Notes under the pieces: generated by a model
What the model was told of the DNA's origin: nothing
Seen by the model: the letters and a program-made list of their open reading frames with translations, nothing else
The model's database searches: none
Part shown: positions 53,134 through 56,848 of the stretch, one piece after another
How the letters are laid out: every line of letters starts with the position of its first letter
Numbering within the stretch: position 1 is the first letter of the stretch
Origin: Acidimicrobiia bacterium
Lineage (GTDB): Bacteria > Actinomycetota > Acidimicrobiia > Acidimicrobiales > CAIXPF01
Length of the DNA stretch: 56,848 nt
Reading direction: 5' to 3'
Assembly (NCBI GenBank): GCA_009377505.1
Contig: WHTX01000001.1
Location: forward strand, 1-56,848
Position numbers and translations under genes: made by a program

Positions 53134-55824
53134 TCAGCCCAGGGGCGGGGCCCCGTCGAGGCTGTCGCGGACCTTGGCCAGCAACGACCCGGCGGAGAAG
53201 GGCTTCTCGAGCAGGGGGATGTCGGTGTCGAGCGTGCGGCTCGCCGTCAGCACCGGCTCGGCGTAGCCGGACATGAACAGCACCCTGAGGCCTCGGCGGC
53301 TGGCGGCCACGGCGCTGGCCGTCTCTCGGCCGCCGAGCCCGTTCGGCATGACCACGTCCGTGAGCAGCAGGTCGATGGTGCGCTCGTAGGCCTCGGCCAC
53401 GGCCACGGCGTCCACCCCGTCGGTGGCGGTGAGCACCTCGTAGCCGGCGGCGGACAGGATCCGGGCCGTGACCTCGCGCAGCTCGCGCTGGTCCTCGACC
53501 ACGAGGATCGTCTCCCCGCCGCCGCGCTGGGCCCGCTCCGCGGGCTGCGCCGCACCTGCGGGCTGCTCGTCCGTAGCCGGCAGCAACACGCTGATCGTCG
53601 TCCCGAGCCCGGGCTCGGAGTAGATCTGCGCGTGCCCGCCGGCCTGGGTGACGACCCCGTACACCGTGGCCAGGCCCAGGCCGGTGCCGGCGCCGACGGG
53701 CTTGGTGGTGAAGAAGGGCTCGAAGGCCCGCTCGACGGTCTCGGGGGTCATGCCCGTCCCCGTGTCGCTGACCCGTAGGCGCAGGTAGGGCCCGGGGGTG
53801 ACGCCGTGGTGGTGGACGGCGTAGTCCTCGTCCACGCCCACGTTGTCCACGTCGATGGCCAGGGTGCCGCCTTCGGGCATGGCATCGCGGGCGTTGACGG
53901 CGAGGTTGACGAGCACCTGCTCGAGCTGGCCGGGGTCGGCCTTCACCCTCCAGGCGCCCTCGGCCACGGTGGTGCGCAGGTCGACGTGCTCCCCGATGCT
54001 CCGGCTGAGGAGCTGCTCGAGGTCGCGCACGAGCCCGGTGACGTCGAGCACGCGAGGTTCGACGACCTCCCGGCGGGCGAAGGCGAGGAGCTGGCGGGTG
54101 AGGCCCGTGGCCCGCTCCACGGCCGCCAGGACCTGGTCGACGTCGTCGCGCACCTCGGCCCAGCGCGGGTCGCCCGGTGGTGCCTGCTCGGCTCCCTCTC
54201 GGATGAACGTGGCGCAGGTCAGCATGACGGTCAGCAGGTTGTTGAAGTCGTGGGCCACGCCGCCGGCGAGCTGGCCCAGGCTCTCGAGGCGGAGGGCCCG
54301 GGCGAGCTGGCGCTCGAGGCGGTCGCGCTCGGTCACGTCCTGGGCCAGCACGAGGCGGGCGTCTCGCCCGTCGAAGGCCAACCCGTGGACCACGACGTCG
54401 GCTTCGATGGGGGCGCCGTCCTTGCGGATGTGCCGGGCGCGGCGCAACCCTTGCTCGCCGAGCTCCACGTCGCCCCCGAGCTGGAGGGCGTCCGCCGACA
54501 TGGCCAGGAACTCCTGGCGCGAGTACCCGTAGGTGGCGATGGCGGCGTCGTTGACCTCGACCACCCGGCGCGTCGCCGCGTCGAACACCCACATGGGCTG
54601 GGGGTTCCCGTCGAAGAGCACCCGGTAGTTGCGCTCCGAGGCCCGGGCGAGCTCCTCGGCCCGCTGGCGCTCGACGAGCTCGCGGTCCACGGCGGCGAAC
54701 AGGTCCTCGAAGTCGTCCCCCAGGGCGACGACCTCCTGGGCGCCGCCCTTGCGCACGCCGGCGAAGCCCCTGCCCTCCACCGCCCCTCGAGCCTGGCGGC
54801 TCAGCTCGCGGACCGGCCGTGAGATGCCCCGGTAGCCGACCATCGCCGTGCCGAGGGTGAGCACGAGCCCGACGACGACCACGCCGAGCACCCGCTGGAA
54901 GGAACGGGTCGCGGCGTCGAGCGCCTCGGCCCGGTCGGCACCGGCGAACACGGTCCAGCCGAGCCCGTCGACCGTCGCGCTCCCGTAGAGCCGAGGGGAG
55001 CCCTCCACGTCGTCCTGGCCCACCTCGCCCGAGCCCGGGTCGAAGGGCGTAGGCCCGAGTGGCGCCCCCGCCCAGCGCTCGGGCTCCACCGACCGCGACA
55101 GTGCCGTCGACCCGTCGGGCGAGACCACGAGGAACTCGAGCTGCCTCGGCCCGCCGAAGGGCTCGAGGAGCCCGGGGCCGAGCGTCCCCACCTCGAGGAA
55201 CCCGGCCAGCACGCCACGGCTGGAGATCGGCACAGCGCCCACGACCACGTCGGCCCCGGTCACGGCGTCGGGCAGGGGCCCGGTGAGAGCCGGCTCGACG
55301 AGCGCCCGCTCGAGCCACGCCTCGCCGTGGTAGCCGCCCTCCCCGGCTGCCGGGTCGCGCGAGGTGCAGAACACGGCGCCGTCGGCGGCGATGATGTCGA
55401 TGTGGCCGGTGGGGAACACGTGGCCGCCGGCAAAGTTCAACGCGCAGTCGCTGCCCGGCGCGTCGAAGGCCCGTTCGAGGCCAGGAGACGCGGCGGTGCG
55501 CCCCACGGTGTCCTGGAGGATCTCGAGGTCGGCCTCGATGGCGTCCGCGGCCAGGCCGGCGGCGAACGCGGCGTCGGCCGAGGCACGCTCGCGCGCCTCG
55601 CTGCGAGCTTCTGTCCAGCCGTACAGCGCCCCGGCCACCGCGGCGAGGAGGGCCAGGGCGACCACGGCCCCGAAATAGACGTGCACCGGCACCGCGCCGC
55701 GTCGCCGCCCCGCCCGGGACCGGGCGGGCTGCTCACCCTGTGGCCCGGTCGGCGGGCCGCTGATGCGGGGTGCACCAGTCCCCTCGGCGGGGCGGCCCGT
55801 CGCCTCGCCCATTGACACGGTCAC
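53134..55824 (-). CDS. hybrid sensor histidine kinase (extracytoplasmic Cache-like domain, HAMP, PAS, HisKA, HATPase, receiver)
   Basis: Two TM helices flank a roughly 270-aa sensor domain. H-box 'HDFNNLLTVM', N-box 'NLAVNARDAM', 'DTGTGM', 'GTGLGLATV', and C-terminal receiver 'ILVVEDQ...LLLTDVVMP'. Confidence 0.85.
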   Translation of the reverse strand: MTVSMGEATGRPAEGTGAPRISGPPTGPQGEQPARSRAGRRRGAVPVHVYFGAVVALALLAAVAGALYGWTEARSEARERASADAAFAAGLAADAIEADLEILQDTVGRTAASPGLERAFDAPGSDCALNFAGGHVFPTGHIDIIAADGAVFCTSRDPAAGEGGYHGEAWLERALVEPALTGPLPDAVTGADVVVGAVPISSRGVLAGFLEVGTLGPGLLEPFGGPRQLEFLVVSPDGSTALSRSVEPERWAGAPLGPTPFDPGSGEVGQDDVEGSPRLYGSATVDGLGWTVFAGADRAEALDAATRSFQRVLGVVVVGLVLTLGTAMVGYRGISRPVRELSRQARGAVEGRGFAGVRKGGAQEVVALGDDFEDLFAAVDRELVERQRAEELARASERNYRVLFDGNPQPMWVFDAATRRVVEVNDAAIATYGYSRQEFLAMSADALQLGGDVELGEQGLRRARHIRKDGAPIEADVVVHGLAFDGRDARLVLAQDVTERDRLERQLARALRLESLGQLAGGVAHDFNNLLTVMLTCATFIREGAEQAPPGDPRWAEVRDDVDQVLAAVERATGLTRQLLAFARREVVEPRVLDVTGLVRDLEQLLSRSIGEHVDLRTTVAEGAWRVKADPGQLEQVLVNLAVNARDAMPEGGTLAIDVDNVGVDEDYAVHHHGVTPGPYLRLRVSDTGTGMTPETVERAFEPFFTTKPVGAGTGLGLATVYGVVTQAGGHAQIYSEPGLGTTISVLLPATDEQPAGAAQPAERAQRGGGETILVVEDQRELREVTARILSAAGYEVLTATDGVDAVAVAEAYERTIDLLLTDVVMPNGLGGRETASAVAASRRGLRVLFMSGYAEPVLTASRTLDTDIPLLEKPFSAGSLLAKVRDSLDGAPPLG

Positions 55825-55939
55825 CGTGACAGGCTAGCCACCCACGGAGAGTCGCGTCCTTGAGGACACCCCGATGTCATTGCCCGTGGTGATGACATCG
55901 CTCTCCCTGCTGACCTACCGTGATAGGCATGGCGCGACG

Positions 55940-56848
55940 TCAATAGACGATCACGCCGCGGATGTTCTTGCCGGCGTGCATGTCGGCGTAGCCCTCGTTG
56001 ATCTCGTCGAGTGTGTAAGTGCGGGTGATGAGCTCGTCCAACTTGAGCTTGCCGCTCTCGTACATCTGCAGCATCCAAGGGATGTCCCGGCTCGGGCTCG
56101 AGGCGCCGAACAGCGAGCCCTGGATCCGCTTCTGGTACAGCGTCAGCTCGAAGGCCGGCACGGTCAGCGGCTCGTCCACGTTGCCGATGCCCGTGACGAC
56201 GACCGTGCCCGCCTTGCGGATGGCGGCGAAGGCCTGGGCGGCGTGCTCCGTCTTGAGCACGCCGGTGGTGACGATGGCGGAGTCGGCGCCCTGGCCGTCG
56301 GTGAGGGACCGGGCCAGCTCGGCAGCCTCGTCCATGGTGGCGAAGGCGTGGGTGGCCCCGAGGAGCTGGGCGGTCTCCCGCTTGAGCTCGACGGGGTCGA
56401 CGGCGATGACCGTGGTCGCCCCGGCATGGGCGGCGCCCTGCACGGCGTTGATGCCGATGCCGCCGATGCCCATGATGATCACGGTCTGGCCCGGCTTCAC
56501 CTCGGCCGAGTTCACCGCCGAGCCCCAGCCCGTCCCGACGCCGCAACCGACCAGGCAGGCCTTGTCCAGGGGCAGGTCCGGGGCCACTTTCACCGCCGAG
56601 GCCACATCGATGAGGGTGTGCTCGCAGAACGTCGAGATACCCGCCATCTGGCCGATCGGCGTGCCGTCGATGCTCAGGCGGTAGCTGCCGTCCGGTCGGC
56701 AGCCGGTCATGACGTTGGCGCCCAGGTCGCAGAGGTTCTGCATGCCCGAGGCGCACCAGCGACAGCGCCCACAGCCGGGCAGGAAGGACATGACCACGTG
56801 GTCGCCGACCTCCCACCCAGCGGTGTTCGGGCCGACCGCCTCGACGAT
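55940..56848 (-). CDS. zinc-dependent alcohol dehydrogenase (class III / NDMA-dependent-like), N-terminus outside window
   Basis: Frame is open to the window end. Structural-Zn loop 'CGRCRWCASGMQNLC' and Rossmann 'IIMGIGGIGINAV'. Confidence 0.8.
   Translation of the reverse strand: MVEAVGPNTAGWEVGDHVVMSFLPGCGRCRWCASGMQNLCDLGANVMTGCRPDGSYRLSIDGTPIGQMAGISTFCEHTLIDVASAVKVAPDLPLDKACLVGCGVGTGWGSAVNSAEVKPGQTVIIMGIGGIGINAVQGAAHAGATTVIAVDPVELKRETAQLLGATHAFATMDEAAELARSLTDGQGADSAIVTTGVLKTEHAAQAFAAIRKAGTVVVTGIGNVDEPLTVPAFELTLYQKRIQGSLFGASSPSRDIPWMLQMYESGKLKLDELITRTYTLDEINEGYADMHAGKNIRGVIVY

Overview
Very G+C-rich chromosomal segment. Gene order (rodA-pbpA-pknB-crgA) and protein features point to Actinomycetota, possibly an Acidimicrobiia-like lineage. 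I can support about 50 protein-coding genes, one tRNA-Ala(UGC) and no rRNA or CRISPR.

Content, left to right:
- Cell-wall and division cluster: rodA, pbpA, PASTA kinase, crgA.
- A thiolase interrupted by a single in-frame TAG.
- An orphan form-II CoxL-like molybdoenzyme subunit.
- A Liv-type ABC uptake locus with one ATPase pair, two permease pairs and two tandem paralogous binding proteins. It runs directly into metY, a CoA-binding protein and a SixA-like phosphatase. A third binding-protein paralog sits 26 kb away.
- An acyl-CoA dehydrogenase.
- A cobalt-type nitrile hydratase operon (beta-alpha-accessory), with an amidase and other hydrolases nearby.
- A VapBC toxin-antitoxin pair.
- A TPP enzyme.
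- A DUF222/HNH endonuclease.
- An ABC-2 exporter operon.
- An HpaB/AbfD-family gene, a stand-alone ketosynthase and three TetR regulators.
- A methyltransferase-MUG glycosylase fusion.
- A SipW-type signal peptidase locus.
- A crotonase.
- A signalling block: small ORF, divergent diadenylate-cyclase-fold protein, receiver and hybrid kinase.
- A truncated Zn-ADH at the right edge.

Most unusual, all read directly from the sequence:
1. Three near-identical 130-bp non-coding units phased on the 3' end of tRNA-Ala.
2. 42-44-nt GTGA-phased repeats at both cistron junctions of the ABC-2 operon.
3. The DAC-fold protein that keeps the DGA motif but has lost RHR.
4. The SipW peptidase fused to a large membrane-anchored extension, next to a small exported protein.
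5. A GTGAC-N4-GTCAC palindrome upstream of all three binding-protein paralogs.

All family calls are by-eye motif recognition and need HMM or BLAST confirmation.
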